This document shows, in pieces, positions 42,801-56,598 of a stretch of DNA of 64,000 nt. The stretch lies in contig OZ024747.1 in assembly GCA_964016885.1 (NCBI GenBank), forward strand, positions 72,416,001 through 72,480,000. The letters run 5' to 3'. Position 1 is the stretch's first letter. The number at the start of each line of letters is the position of its first letter. The translations under genes and the position numbers were made by a program. Below the pieces are notes generated by a model that was not told where the DNA came from, did not search any database, and saw only the letters and a list, made by a program, of their open reading frames with translations. This DNA comes from Eledone cirrhosa (Eukaryota).

Positions 42801-45800
42801 TGCACCACACAACACCACACAACACTACGCTACACCACTCTGCACCACACAACATTACACTACACCACTCTGCACCACACAACACCACACAACACTACAC
42901 TACACCACTCTGCACCACACACCAACACACATCACTACACTACACCACTCTGCACCACTCTGCACCACACAACACCACACAACACTACACTACACAATTC
43001 TGCACCACACCACACCACACCACACAACACTACACTACACCATTCTGCACCACACAACACTACACAACACTACACTACACCACTCTGCACCACTCTGCAC
43101 CACACAACACTACACTACACCACTCTGCACCACACAACACCACACAACACTACACTACACCACTCTCCCCCACTCTGCACCACACAACACTACACTACAC
43201 CACTCTGCACGACACAACACCACACAACACTACACTACACCACTCTCCCCCACTCTGCACCACACAACACTACATTACACCACTCTGCACCACACAACAC
43301 TACACTACACCACTCTCCCCCACTCTGCACCACACAACACTACACTACACCACTCTGCACCACATAACACCACACAACACTACACTACACCACTCTGCAG
43401 CACACAACACCACACAACACTACACTACACCACTCTGCAGCACACAACACCACACAACACTACACTACACCACTCTCCCCCACTCTGCACCACACAACAC
43501 TACACTACACCACTCTCCCCCACTCTGCACCACACAACACTACACTACACCACTCTCCCCCACTCTGCACCACACAAAACTACACTACACCATTCTGCAC
43601 CACACAACACCACACAACACTACACTACACCACTCTCCCCCACTCTGCACCACACAACAATACACTACACCACTCTGCACCACACAACACCACACAACAC
43701 TACACTACACCACTCTCCCCCACTCTGCACCACACAACACTACACTACACCACTCTCCCCCACTCTGCACCACACAACACTACACTACACCATTCTGCAC
43801 CACACAACACCACACAACACTACACTACACCACTCTCCCCCACTCTGCACCACACGACACTACACTACACAACTCTCCCCCACTCTGCACCACACAACAC
43901 TACACTACACCACTCTGCACCACACAACACCACACAACACTACACTACACCGCTCTGCAGCACACAACACCACACAACACTACACTACACCACTCTCCCC
44001 CACTCTGCACCACACAACACTACACTACACCACTCTCCCCCACTCTGCACCACACAACACTACACTACACCATTCTGCACCACACAACACCACACAACAC
44101 TACACTACACCACTCTGCAGCACACAACACCACACAACACTACACTACACCACTCTGCACCACACAACACCACACAACACTACACTACACCACTCTGCAC
44201 CACACACCAACACACAACACTACACTACACCATTCTGCACCACACAACACCACACAACACTACACTACACCACTCTGCACCACTCTGCACCACACAACAC
44301 TACACTACACCACTCTGCACCACACAACACCACACAACACTACACTACACAATTCTGCACCACACCACACCACACAACACTACACTACACCATTCTGCAC
44401 CACACAACACCACACAACACTACACTACACCACTCTGCACCACTCTGCACCACACAACACTACACTAAACCACTCTGCACCACACAACACCACACAACAC
44501 TACACTAGACAATTCTGCACCACACAACACCACACAACACTACACTACACCACTCTGCACCACACAACACCACACAACACTACACTACACCATTCTGCAC
44601 CACACAACACCACACAACACTACACTACACCACTCTGCACCACACAACACCACACAACACTACACTACACAATTCTGCACCACACAACAACACACAACAC
44701 TACACTACTCCATTCTGCACCACACAACACCACACAACACTACACTACACCACTCTGCACCACTCTGCACCACACAACACTACACTACACCACTCTGCAC
44801 CACACAACACCACACAACACTACACTACACAATTCTGCACCACACAACACCACACGACACTACACTACACCATTCTGCACCACACAACACCACACAACAC
44901 TACACTACACCACTCTGCACCACACAACACCACACAACACTACACTACACCATTCTGCACCACACAACACTACACTACACCACTCTGCACCACACACCAA
45001 CACACAACACTACACTACACCACTCTGCACCACACACCAACACACAACACTACACTACACCACTCTGCACCACACAACACCACACAACACTACACAAACC
45101 ACTCTGCACCACACAACACTACACTACACCACTCTGCACCACACACCAACACACAACACTACACTACACCACTCTGCACCACACACCAACACACAACACT
45201 ACACTACACCATTCTGCACCACACAACACCACACAACACTACACTACACCACTCTGCACCACACACCAACACACAACACTACACTACACCATTCTGCACC
45301 ACACAACACCACACAACACTACACTACACCACTCTGCACCACACAACACCACACAACACTACACTACACCACTCTGCACCACACAACACTACACTACACC
45401 ACTCTGCACCACACAACACCACACAACACTACACTACACCACTCTGCACCACACAACACCACACAACACTACACTACACCACTCTGCACCACACACCAAC
45501 ACACAACACTACACTACACCACTCTGCACCACACAACACCACACAACACTACACTACACCACTCTGCACCACACAACACCACACAACACTACACTACACC
45601 ACTCTGCACCACACAACACCACACAACACTACACTACACCACTCTGCACCACACACCAACACACAACACTACACTAACCACTCTGCACCACACAACACCA
45701 CACAACACTACACTACACCACTCTGCACCACACACCAACACACAACACTACACTACACCATTCTGCACCACACAACACCACACAACACTACACTACACCA

Positions 45801-46174
45801 CTCTGCACCACACAACACCACACAACACTACACTACACCACTCTGCACCACACACCAACACACAACACTACACTACACCATTCTGCACCACACAACACCA
45901 CACAACACTACACCACTCTGCACCACACAACACCACACAACACTACACTACACCACTCTGCACCACACACCAACACACAACACTACACTACACCATTCTG
46001 CAGCACTCTGCACCACACAACACTACACTACACCACTCTGCACCACACAACACCACACAACACTACACTACACCACTGTGCACCACACAACACCACACAA
46101 CACTACACTACACCACTCTGCACCACACAACACCACACAACACTACACTACACCACTCTGCACCACACAACACC
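36830..46174. repeat. 9.3-kb satellite built from pentamers (CACAC/AACAC/TACAC/CACTC/TGCAC); basic unit 30-40 bp
   Basis: Direct inspection. Confidence 0.95.
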
Positions 46175-47543
46175 AGAGTAATGGGCTCCTCCAAGTCTAA
46201 AATCCTATGAAACGCTGTATGCCACTACTACACCCCTACGATTCCATTAGTTTCCGTCAACCAAATTTCAATAACAAGACATTGGTCAACCCGAAGCGAT
46301 AGTAGATGACATTTGTTTAAAAACACTGGAGTATATTATATACTGCTCAATTATTGTTATAGTAATGTTTTTCAAGACATTCTGACATTATGCATATTGA
46401 ATATGTTTGTTTTTGATTTCAATTAACTTATACAACCTCTGTTTCTGGGGAGACCTCGACTGCAGAACAGAGGTTCCCAATATTTTTTCCACCCATGTTC
46501 ACATGGAGAAACTTTACATCGCACACCTGTATAGCAAATATTCAAAAGCTTATCAAAAATGTTTGGTAAAAGTTTCTTACTGGTTTGTTATTTCCAATTT
46601 GCCTCCTGTTTTTTTTCGTTTTTTTTTTATGGTGGTGATGGTGGGGTTATACAAGTTCTTTGCATATCTCCTTTGAATATTTATTGTGGGGATAGCATAT
46701 GTTAAAATACCTTCTTAATACTCAAAATCCTATAGCGTCCACCAGAATGTTCAATCGCCCACCATTATCTGTTCAGTTGCTCATCGCCCACCTAACAGTT
46801 GAAATCGTCCAGCGGTGGGTAATGTCGCCCAAGCTCGGAAACCCTGCTATAGAATAAGACGACAGATTAACTTTTTTAATGTTCACTACATTAAACATTA
46901 TCAATAATTTGACAGTAACGTATATCATATATTTTACATAGAATTCCTGGTTTTCCAATCCCTATTTCTTTCAATCTCACATATTTAGTGTATTATCTTA
47001 TATTTCATCTCTTCGAAAGTGTTTATGGCGTCAGCTCTTGCTTATGTTTTGTATTGCCTTTTACAAGAACACGCGGCTAGGTTGGGAGTCGGGGGCCAGG
47101 AGTGACATAAATTATCCAAATGTTCTACTCACTAATTGTGTGGTGAGGAGGGATTTTGTGTGGGTGGTGGTTTTTAAAAAAAAAAATGTTATTGTTTTAT
47201 TTTGTGGAAATAATAGAGGTGTTATTAGTTAATTTAGTTTCTTTATTTGTTGTTGTCTTGTGTGGAGGCAGGTAGGGTTAAATGGTCGAGAAGAGAGACT
47301 CTCAATCGTTAGGTCCCACTATGTGGCATCTTGCACGAGTATTATTTACTATGCCCTCGGGTCGATCCTAGCCGCGTGAATTAAACTGGTGTGGACGGAA
47401 TCTGTTGGAAAGCCTGTCCGATCGACTGTACCTGGAAATCGAAGAGTCAGCCTCGTCACATTGATATATATATATGTATACATATATATATATATAAACA
47501 AAATTAACTCGAATATCGAGTTTTGAAACGCGAGTGTATTAGA

Positions 47544-47911
47544 ATTCGTAGGAAAATGGAAAAACTCGGTGTAAGGAATCTGTTAAAACAGCAAAATACT
47601 GTCGAAGCGGCGTTGGGTAAAACATTACCTTGAAGGAGAGAAATCAGCAGCTAGAAGTGAGTTGACTAGAAGAATTGATAGGAAGAAAGAAATAGAATGG
47701 ATCAGAAGAGATAACAAACATTAAAATATGCTCGTCAGATCTCAGACCACCTGCAGTTTCAACGATTATTTTCTTCGAGCCTTCCTATCATTTCTTCAAG
47801 TCAACTCACTTCTAGCTGCTGATTTCTGTTATTCGAGGAAATGTTTTACCCAACGCCGCTTCGACGGCATTTTGCTGTGTTAACGCCGAGTTTTTCCATT
47901 TTCCTATGAAT
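47544..47911. repeat. Diverged palindromic element
   Basis: GTCGAAGCGGCGTTGGGTAAAACAT and AGAAATCAGCAGCTAGAAGTGAGTTGACT recur as reverse complements. Confidence 0.8.
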
Positions 47912-48186
47912 ATATATATAATAGTTTAGATGAGTTGCTGAAACAACAGCAAAGAATAATTCAAAGCTCAAATGTGATTTTATAGTCCACAGTAAGATAA
48001 GTAAAAGACAATACAGAGTTTAATCGATAAATTGAAGAGGAAATACGAAGGAAATGTATTTTCTTTCCGTATTGATAGAAACGATCGTAAACCAATTAAA
48101 TACTTTAATTTAATTTAATCCTAGGTTAAATTTATATATATGTATACGATGTTAACAAATGGAAACTATATTTATAAAACCATATT

Positions 48187-48251
48187 TATTTCATTATACA
48201 TATTTCAAGGATACCAAGTTAAATTATGGTATGCCTTCATCAGACAAAATA
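48187..48251 (-). ncRNA. Hammerhead ribozyme, family B, at PLE 3' end
   Basis: TATTTTGT-CTGATGA-AGGCATACCA..TGGTATCCTT-GAAA-TATGTATA-ATGAAATA. Confidence 0.8.
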
Positions 48252-49282
48252 CAATATATACCAGTTTTATAAATAAACATTGACGTACCCTTTCAAAATG
48301 CAACCGTTACTTTTGAAAGACATCAGGATAGTGGTTTGTTTATTTTAGTAAGTCGTTGTGTTAAGGAGAAGTAAAAAGACGGAGAGAGAGAGATAAATAA
48401 AGAAAAAGAAGAAAGAAAAAAAAGAAAGAAAAAAGAAAAAAAAGTAAAAAAGAAAACAGGAAAACAACAGAGAGATATCAAACCACCAGACAGAGAGAAA
48501 AAAATCAAGAGAGAGAAATATAGAGATAGAGAGAGGGGCAGAGAACGAAAACCTTAAGTCATGTCATATTAAGTTGAGTTAACAATTGAGATGAAATGAA
48601 TAAATAAAATTAGAAATATTAATATTCATGAATGGAATATACATATATAATATGAGAAATTAATCATTGTTTAATTATGATTAGATATTTAGTTTAAAAA
48701 TTGAGATCAATATATTAAAAATTGGAATTTAAACATTACGAAATATATATATTGCTAGAGAAATTACCTATCATATAGCACGTACATATAGGCAAAGATA
48801 CATAAATATATATATATACACACACACTCAGAAAATACACATTATATCTACTCCCGCATATAATATATACATACAAAGCATAAGTGATTTTTTTTTATTA
48901 CTGCTATACATTCCTTGTGTTATTAAATAAAAATGTTTAGTATATATATATAAATATATAGGATTAACTTTCATGCATTTATGGCTGTTAAATTATGCAT
49001 ATCTGCAATCAAAACTGCATGGGTAACCATGTACATGTACACACACAATTCTTAAATATACATATATAAATATGTGCGTGCATCTTCACCCAATTGGTAG
49101 ACACGCGTCACTCATGCATATATACAGACAGACATATACTCATAAAAAAGCATATAAGACATGTACATGTATGTTAATACACACATATACATACATAGTC
49201 GTATAGAGATAAGTATACATCAATATATTACATAGTACAATTGAGTATATAAAATACAAAAGGATTATATTTTGGAAATATA

Positions 49283-49675
49283 ATTATATCAATATAACTT
49301 AAAAACAAAAGAATTCTACAAATATCAAAATATTAAAATATTTTAAAATATTATAGAATATTTTAAGTTAAAATAATATGTTTAATAGATTTAGTATAGA
49401 AATTTATCTTACGTATATTTTAATCAAGATATTGAAAGAATAAACTTTTGAAAATTATGAGAAGCTATCAGAATAAAAACAAACCTAATAAAAAAAAAAA
49501 ATAAAAAATATTATATCAATATAACTTAAAAAAACAAGAATTCTACAGATATCAAAATATTAAAATACTTTAAAATATTATAGAATATTTTAAGTTAAAA
49601 TAATATGTTTAATATATTTAGTATAGAAATTTATCTTACGTATATTTTACTCAAGATATTGAAAGGATAAACTTT
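49283..49675. repeat. Tandem duplication (~227-bp period) in the PLE 3' region
   Basis: ATTATATCAATATAACTTAAAAA..GAATTCTACA at 49283 and 49510. Confidence 0.8.
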
Positions 49676-50657
49676 TCTAGAATAGTTTATTATATTTATA
49701 TTTATATTTAGGAAGAAAATTTATTTATACTTGAGTACTTAACCAAAGAAAATGAAAAAGGTGAAGGAATCTAATGATTTATCGACAGGTTTCATATATT
49801 AACCAAATTACTTAATTAATTATACTACATTTTAAATTTATATTTATATTTAAACGTTGAGTTCAATCTATGTCTGCAGCAACTGAATAAATTATTCCTT
49901 AAATTTAGGGAATTTTTGGTCTTTAATATAAAGAATATTTCCTCTATACAAAGATCGCAATTTTCTGAAGAGGAATTAAAAGGAGTAGCTTATGAAATAA
50001 TATTCCAAATCAGCGAATATTCAACATTATCTCGTTTTAGGTCTTATAATAGGCTAGATAGCGAAGTTGAAGATTTTTTGTTTGGATCTGTAAAAGAATT
50101 TTTATGATTATTGAAGCGGGATTTAAACTCTGTGGAGGTAGAACCGACATAATTAAATGAATTTAAATTAGTTTTAACATTACAATTATAAACTACATTT
50201 TTAGCTAAGCAGTTGTTATTTAACGGACAGTTGGATTTATTTCTACAGTTACAATTATTCGATTGAATATTGCTTGGGTTATTATTGGTATTTTGGTTAA
50301 GTTTTAAATTTCTATTATTAATTCTATTAATATTTTGCGCTAAATTTTTGGTGGAAGAGTAAGTTAATTTTATAGTATGTCTATTGAAAATTGAGTAATA
50401 TCTATGTGTTCTAGAGAAGCGTTTGTCAAGAGCTTTAAAGAATAGTTTAGCAATAGGGGTTTTAATATTTAGTGAGAAAAGAGGAGCGAACCATAATATA
50501 TTCCTAGTTCTATTTCTTTTTCGGCTTTCGGAATTATTGTAATGTTTTCTATTATAGTTGTTAAAATTGTTACCATAATTAAAGTTGTTATTATTTTGGT
50601 TAGTTTGTATATTATTATTATTATCGATGTATTTAATTTTATTTCTATACCCAGCTC

Positions 50658-50715
<58 letters not shown>

Positions 50716-50720
<5 letters not shown>

Positions 50721-51440
50721 GGAATAGAATGAAACGAAATTTCATTTCTCACTCTTAGTACGGCACTTACTTAAATGTAAGTATGTATGTATGTATACGT
50801 ACATACATATATGTATACAGACGCACAGTAGTATGTATATATATACATACATGCACACATATATATATGCACGTATCGGTTTACCGAACACTTACTATAA
50901 TGCTCGGTTTGTTTGTTTGTAAACAAACAAACAGCCCGAATTACGCCGTACAGTGTTTAGGCAACCACGTCACCTTTTTGTTCAACACTGACACAGGAAC
51001 GATGTACTAGTTTCAAGCTTATTAGCTATCGTCAGCATCGTATACCTTCCTGCCAGATGGTTGAACGTCTGAAAGTATATACTTCCTTATGCATATTAAC
51101 GGCTGAGCAGCCTAATTTGCATATCGAGTGAGTTCAGTATATACTTTCAGACGTTCAACCATCTGGCAGGAAGGTATACGATGCTAACGATAGCTAATAA
51201 GCTTGAAACTAGTAGATCGTTCCTGTGTCAGTGTTGAACAAAAAGGTGACGTGGTTGCCTAAACACTGTACGGCGTAATTCGGGCTGTTTGTTTGTTTAC
51301 AAACAAACAAACCGAGCATTATAGTAAGTGTTCGGTAAACCGATACGTGCATATATATATATGTGTGCATGTATGTATATATATGCATACTACTGTGCGT
51401 CTGTATACATATATGTATGTACGTATACATACATACTTAC

Positions 51441-51441
<1 letters not shown>
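50716..51441. mobile_element. Family A palindromic element
   Basis: Inverted arms, junction ~51136; intact HHR on minus (50999-51041), mutated HHR on plus (51178-51220). Confidence 0.88.
50999..51041 (-). ncRNA. Hammerhead ribozyme, family A
   Basis: ACGATG-CTGACGA-TAGCTAATAAGCTT-GAAA-CTAGTA-CATCGT. Confidence 0.85.
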
Positions 51442-51496
<55 letters not shown>

Positions 51497-51914
51497 CATC
51501 AGCAGAAAATGGACCCAGTTATATACACGTACAAATACATTGTTACCTCATCAGTCACCTTGCTAACAGTGCAGTTTCACGCATTAACGCGGTACTACAC
51601 TTGTAATTCCAGTTTGATCCATACGAGACGATAAGAAAACAAATAATTGACAGTAAAACGCGCTAACAGTACCTTACACACATTATACCTAATACAGAAC
51701 GCCTCACTTTCTATCTTAACTGAACTGATGTTTGCTCTTAGCATTTATCGTTCTCAAAATGTTAAAGTTAAAATATGATAGGAGATTCTTTGCCTCTCTC
51801 TACACAAATATCTCACCTAATAAACAGGAAGAGGAAGAGAGACTCTGTCTCCCTGGCTCATATATCTCTGCTGCACCCTGTGGTCAAGATGGTGAAAGTA
51901 TTGTCTTGGTGAAA

Positions 51915-52240
51915 GTATTGCCTTGGAAAACAACCAGTGACACCCTTTGCATCCATCACCCCATATCCTTTCTCGTGCAGAATGCACTCCACTCAATTTT
52001 GCGGCGGGAAACAGCAGTCAGGGCGGCAAGGACATTCGAGGTCTCGCGGGTGACTGGCACGAAAAGGAAACGATCGGTCAGTTTCTGGTATTTGGCTATC
52101 TCCCTCTCCTGTGTATTATGGCATCAGTGTCTGGGTTTGTGAACGAAGTGACAAGGCTGGAAGCGGAGAACAAGTCACTGTACGTGACAGCTTCCAAGAT
52201 CAATGATTTACCTTCCTCGAAGGACTTATCCTGTTAGTGC
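51915..52240 (-). pseudogene. Probable CRE-like non-LTR RLE domain remnant
   Basis: Minus-strand EIAKYQKLTDRFLFVPVTRETS and MQRVSLVVFQGN resemble the K..KY..L...F.P...ET.G and QR.S...QRGN motifs. Confidence 0.5.
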
Positions 52241-52879
52241 ACATATATTTCCATGTCCGTTCTCAGTTATCTATTATCTATTTATTTCCATGTGATGTAT
52301 TTTTTCATCTAACTGCTGAACAAAATTTTCTCCGTTTTTTCTTAATTAAGCCAGCAAATTAAACGATTTTGACGCTAGGGATTGGATCTCTTTTTTGTGT
52401 CGCTAGATAAGGTTCGCGCTCTTTGAAGTGAAGCTGAAATAATCTAAAAACAATAGATAAATAGCTACCTACCGTTGTACCATCGTTTATTCACTGTTTA
52501 ACAATACATATGTGTAGGTTAAACAATGAAAGCAACTTGGTTGGGTGCTTAATTATTTCATTATTTTATGATGGATTGAAAAGTTTGGATGAACCATAAT
52601 CAATATATTGACTAATCGATAGTTGACGTAAGCAGTGATAGAATAGATCGATGTATCGTATCGAGACTGATAACATGAAGTTAGATAATTGCCCATAGAT
52701 TAGTCAATATATCGATATTATCATGGGTGATTCACCATTTAAAACGACCGTAAAACAATGAAATAATTCAGGACTAAACCTCATCTTTTTACTTTTAATT
52801 TGTAAATATCTGACTCTGTAGTTCCTTTGAATACTCATCAAAATTTAATAAGATGCTATTCTTCCACAAAAACAAACAC

Positions 52880-52923
<44 letters not shown>

Positions 52924-53208
52924 TAAGGAATATTTGTTAAGCCTTCATTACGTTTATTGTTTGGTGTGGCGCGTTTCAGCTCAAGGTTCGATCTGTATAA
53001 ATCTGGCCCGATTCTGCAATCAAAAGTTCGTCGCACCCCTGCTGTTGTAATGACAGAATCCAATAAAATCATTAAAACAGCAGAGGTCCGACGAGCTTTT
53101 GATTCCAGAGTCGGGCCAGATCGATACAGATCGAACCTTGAGCTGATCAATAGCAAAACGTGCGACACCAATCAATAAACGTAATGAAGGCTTAACAAAT
53201 CGTCCTTA
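52924..53208. repeat. Diverged palindromic element
   Basis: TTTGTTAAGCCTTCATTACGTTTATTG ... CAATAAACGTAATGAAGGCTTAACAAA. Confidence 0.85.
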
Positions 53209-53450
53209 TATTATTATATTACTCTCTGTTTAGCTCTACACCTCACTACAGACGTGAATCTAAACATCGAGTACTCACCTGGGTGAACCTACAGTAACTT
53301 CACGTTACACCTCCGATATATATATATATGAGGCCAGTGCTTTCACAAAACAACACCAAACTTCAGCACTGAGCATATAAGAAAATCGAAATAACAGAAG
53401 TAAGCTTTATTCCATCATTATGTTTTTCTGTTTTTTCTGTTCAAATTCTA

Positions 53451-53509
53451 GCTGTCTGATGAGACCATAGCTGTTGCATAATGGTTATCACCGAAATATA
53501 TATAACAGC
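53451..53509 (+). ncRNA. Hammerhead ribozyme, family D
   Basis: GCTGT-CTGATGA-GACCAT..ATGGTT..-GAAA-TATATATA-ACAGC. Confidence 0.75.
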
Positions 53510-53572
53510 GAATATGAATAAACGAAGTTAATTTTAACCTGTTGACTTACTCTTCTTGTTTATATAAATATA

Positions 53573-53724
53573 TGCTAGGGTCTGTTGAAAAGTTCATAGG
53601 CTGTGAAATTTTGTATGCATTAATTTCAACATTTCTTATTAATTATTGCCAGAGACTATGCTGAGAAATAAACCTCATTTGGTCATTCCATGAGTGTATC
53701 TTGGTCAGCCTATGAACTTTTCAG
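53573..53724. mobile_element. Mariner-type MITE with TIRs
   Basis: TGAAAAGTTCATAGGCTG ... CAGCCTATGAACTTTTCA. Confidence 0.7.
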
Positions 53725-53727
53725 CTC

Positions 53728-53810
<83 letters not shown>

Positions 53811-53894
53811 AGTATATGTTGGTTGTTTACCTCAGTATGCAGATTGGAGCACTCGACGAAGTATGCAGGTTGGTTTGTTTATTCCGGAGTAATG

Positions 53895-54063
53895 TAAAAT
53901 AATTAAGTCAAATATATAAAATTTGGCTTCGTTTATTACAAATTATAGATATACTGCTATATATATTTCGGTGAGAGCCATCAATGGCTCTCACCGAAAT
54001 ATATATAGCAGTATATCTATAATTTGTAATAAACGAAGCCAAATTTTATATATTTGACTTAAT

Positions 54064-54070
<7 letters not shown>
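53895..54070. repeat. Near-perfect palindrome carrying two 3' halves of a family D-like HHR
   Basis: Centre GAGAGCCAT-CA-ATGGCTCTC followed by ACC-GAAA-TATATATA-GCAGT. Confidence 0.85.
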
Positions 54071-54096
<26 letters not shown>

Positions 54097-54145
54097 ATGA
54101 GAAAATGCGAAGTAGTTTCAGATGTTAAAGTCCTTTATTGATAAG

Positions 54146-54220
54146 GCTGTGAGACATATTTCAATGACGACAGTGGCCACACGATTCCGTGTACCCAGTG
54201 CCGTGACATCATCAGACAGC
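54146..54220 (-). ncRNA. Hammerhead ribozyme, family E (long stem II) inside inverted arms 54096-54302
   Basis: GCTGT-CTGATGA-TGTCACGGCA..CACG-GAAT-CGTG..TGTCGTCATT-GAAA-TATGTCTC-ACAGC. Confidence 0.68.
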
Positions 54221-54407
54221 TTCTTATATATATAAGAACTTTAAAGGACTTTAAGAACAATAAAGGACTTTAAGATCTGAAACTACTTCGCATTTTCTCA
54301 TTCTAAATATACTCCGTTTTTCCTATGCGGAAATAATGCGTCGAGTGCTTGATTTGAATTGCATCAATATTTGCCGTAAGATTATATATATATATATATG
54401 GACGAGA

Positions 54408-54497
<90 letters not shown>

Positions 54498-56479
54498 ACG
54501 GGTATATATGTACACATGTTACAATAAGGTAAAATTCACAAAGAAAAATCTATAACAAAAATTCCCAAGTAATACTTAGAAAAATATTTATGAGTCCAGA
54601 AATCAAAGCCAGGGTTATGTAATTATGTATGTGTGCATGTATGTATATATGTATATATGTATGTGTGTATGCATGTTATATGTATATATGTATGTGTATC
54701 TCTGCTATTCTCTCTCTCTCTCTCTCTTACTCTATCTCTCTCTCATATATAAATACACACACACACACCCATATATATATATTTGATTGTGTGTTTATAG
54801 ACTCAGACATACATACATATAAAAATTCATACATACATATATCTAAACATATACATACACACACATATACACACACATATACATACATACATTCATTCAT
54901 ACATATAAACATACATGCATACATACATACATATAACATACATAAATGCATACATACATACACACATCCATACACGTTGTCTGGATTCTTCATATATTGC
55001 CATCTGTTAGCAGCTGTTTCTTTTCCCAATATAAAGAAAGTACTGAGGTTTATTGAAATATTTCGAGATTTATACTTAGAGATCAATAAAATGTTACTCT
55101 CTTATTCTAGTTTCTGTTATTAGATTATATCTGTGGTAGGTTAACAATTAAGCAAAATATACCCAGGGTATCGAGGAAAGAGCCCCGCGAGGTAGCTGTT
55201 GCAGCGAGTGGCGCTGGCCAATGTTCAGAAAATGCTTAGGGCATCAAGTGAAGAGGGAAACCCGTCTGAGAAAAGAACCCCGTGGGGTGGCTGATGCAGC
55301 GGATGTTGCTGGCCATTTTCCGCAAAATTGCCTTTGCCATTTTGTCCGTGGGGCGTCGTCGAATCGTCGCTCTGACCCAGGTATAGAGTATGTCACCCTC
55401 TCCTCGTCCATTCTTTCGTTGCCTAATAATCCTTGCCATTTCTCACCTTTTCCTCTCCTCTATAGTCCTTTCCAATCTTACATTCTTTTTCTATGTTTGA
55501 CTAAATATTAAATTCTTCATTATTTTTATGTAATTTTATACTAGAAATAAACGTATGGTATTCTAATTTCTGTTACAGTATATAATTAAATGGATTAATC
55601 TTTAAGCAAAATATGCCGATACTTAGGGCATCAAGGAAAGAGAAGTACTATACTCTTTTACCTTTTTACCCGTTCCAACTAGTTGAGGCCACGCTGGTGC
55701 TCCACCAAGTAATTTTATTTGCCATAATCTCGCGACCCACACCCCGCCAAAAAAGTGTATTTTGCTGACATGATACATTATATGTGGCCAAAACTCTTAT
55801 TTTCACTTGGAGCCAAATAAACGTTTTTTAATTACCTTCTGAAACCCACGGAAGTCACGTATTTACATACGTATTTGCATATTTATTTATTTCTAAAAAA
55901 GAAATCATGGAGAAAGGGGAGTTAGATATAGATATATTTGTAAGCTAGGGACAATGGTAACCACATACAGCGCTGTCAGCAGTAGAAACAAACGTCCCGT
56001 CTCCCACTGTCTTGGGAATATACGTGCACTGCGACATCAGTTGAGCTTCGTACATTGTATCCCCGCCGTGTTAAATACAGGATCAATGACTTTGATGGAA
56101 AAGTAATCTATATAAATAAAAGAGAGTGGTGATGGTGGTGGGGTCTCAGACACTGCTGGTGTCTTATATGTTATTCTTAAGACTCAGATTAACTATGATT
56201 GAACGGAACTATAATAAGGTGATCCAGTTGCGGCGATTTCACTCTTCTTTTTTATATATTATACAGGACAAAATCATTTTTTTCAAAATATCAGTGTCCT
56301 GAAAGGTCATTGACATTATGCACAAATAATAGAGCAGTATCTAATAAAAACAAAACATACTACTAAAGAGACAGAAAAAGAAGCAGGATCAAGCAGCGAA
56401 AGAAATGCAGACGGGGAGAATGACAGTCACCACAGCCCGTGTGAGCAATGCCTCAGCCGCACCCCAGCTACTGTTGGCA

Positions 56480-56598
56480 CTCACTCATCTATACTGGAAC
56501 AACGTGAAATAAAGGAATAAAACAGACGGCCACATCCAGGAATCGAACTGACGACATTACGATCGTAGCTCAAGCATCTTAACCATTAAGCCATGCTT
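56480..56598 (-). mobile_element. tRNA-derived SINE head
   Basis: Minus strand GCATGGCTTAATGGTTAAG (A-box-like) and GTTCGATTCC (B-box). Confidence 0.6.

Larger units (their letters stand above)
48148..50660 (-). mobile_element. Penelope-like element 3' portion: GIY-YIG endonuclease remnant, long AT-rich 3' region, HHR-bearing terminus
   Basis: ORF 50044-50745: RNILWFAP.FS, CNCRNKSNCPLNNNCL, VVY..YVGST, FKSRFNNH; downstream CDLCIEE..CCRH; family B HHR at 48187-48251. Confidence 0.8.

Noticed and set aside
36784-43367. 1259-aa and 1070-aa His/Thr-rich ORFs
   Set aside because: Pentamer satellite; the same peptide cycles through all three frames
55140-55450. GC-richer block with short ORFs
   Set aside because: No recognisable protein motif; cannot distinguish an exon from a decayed repeat
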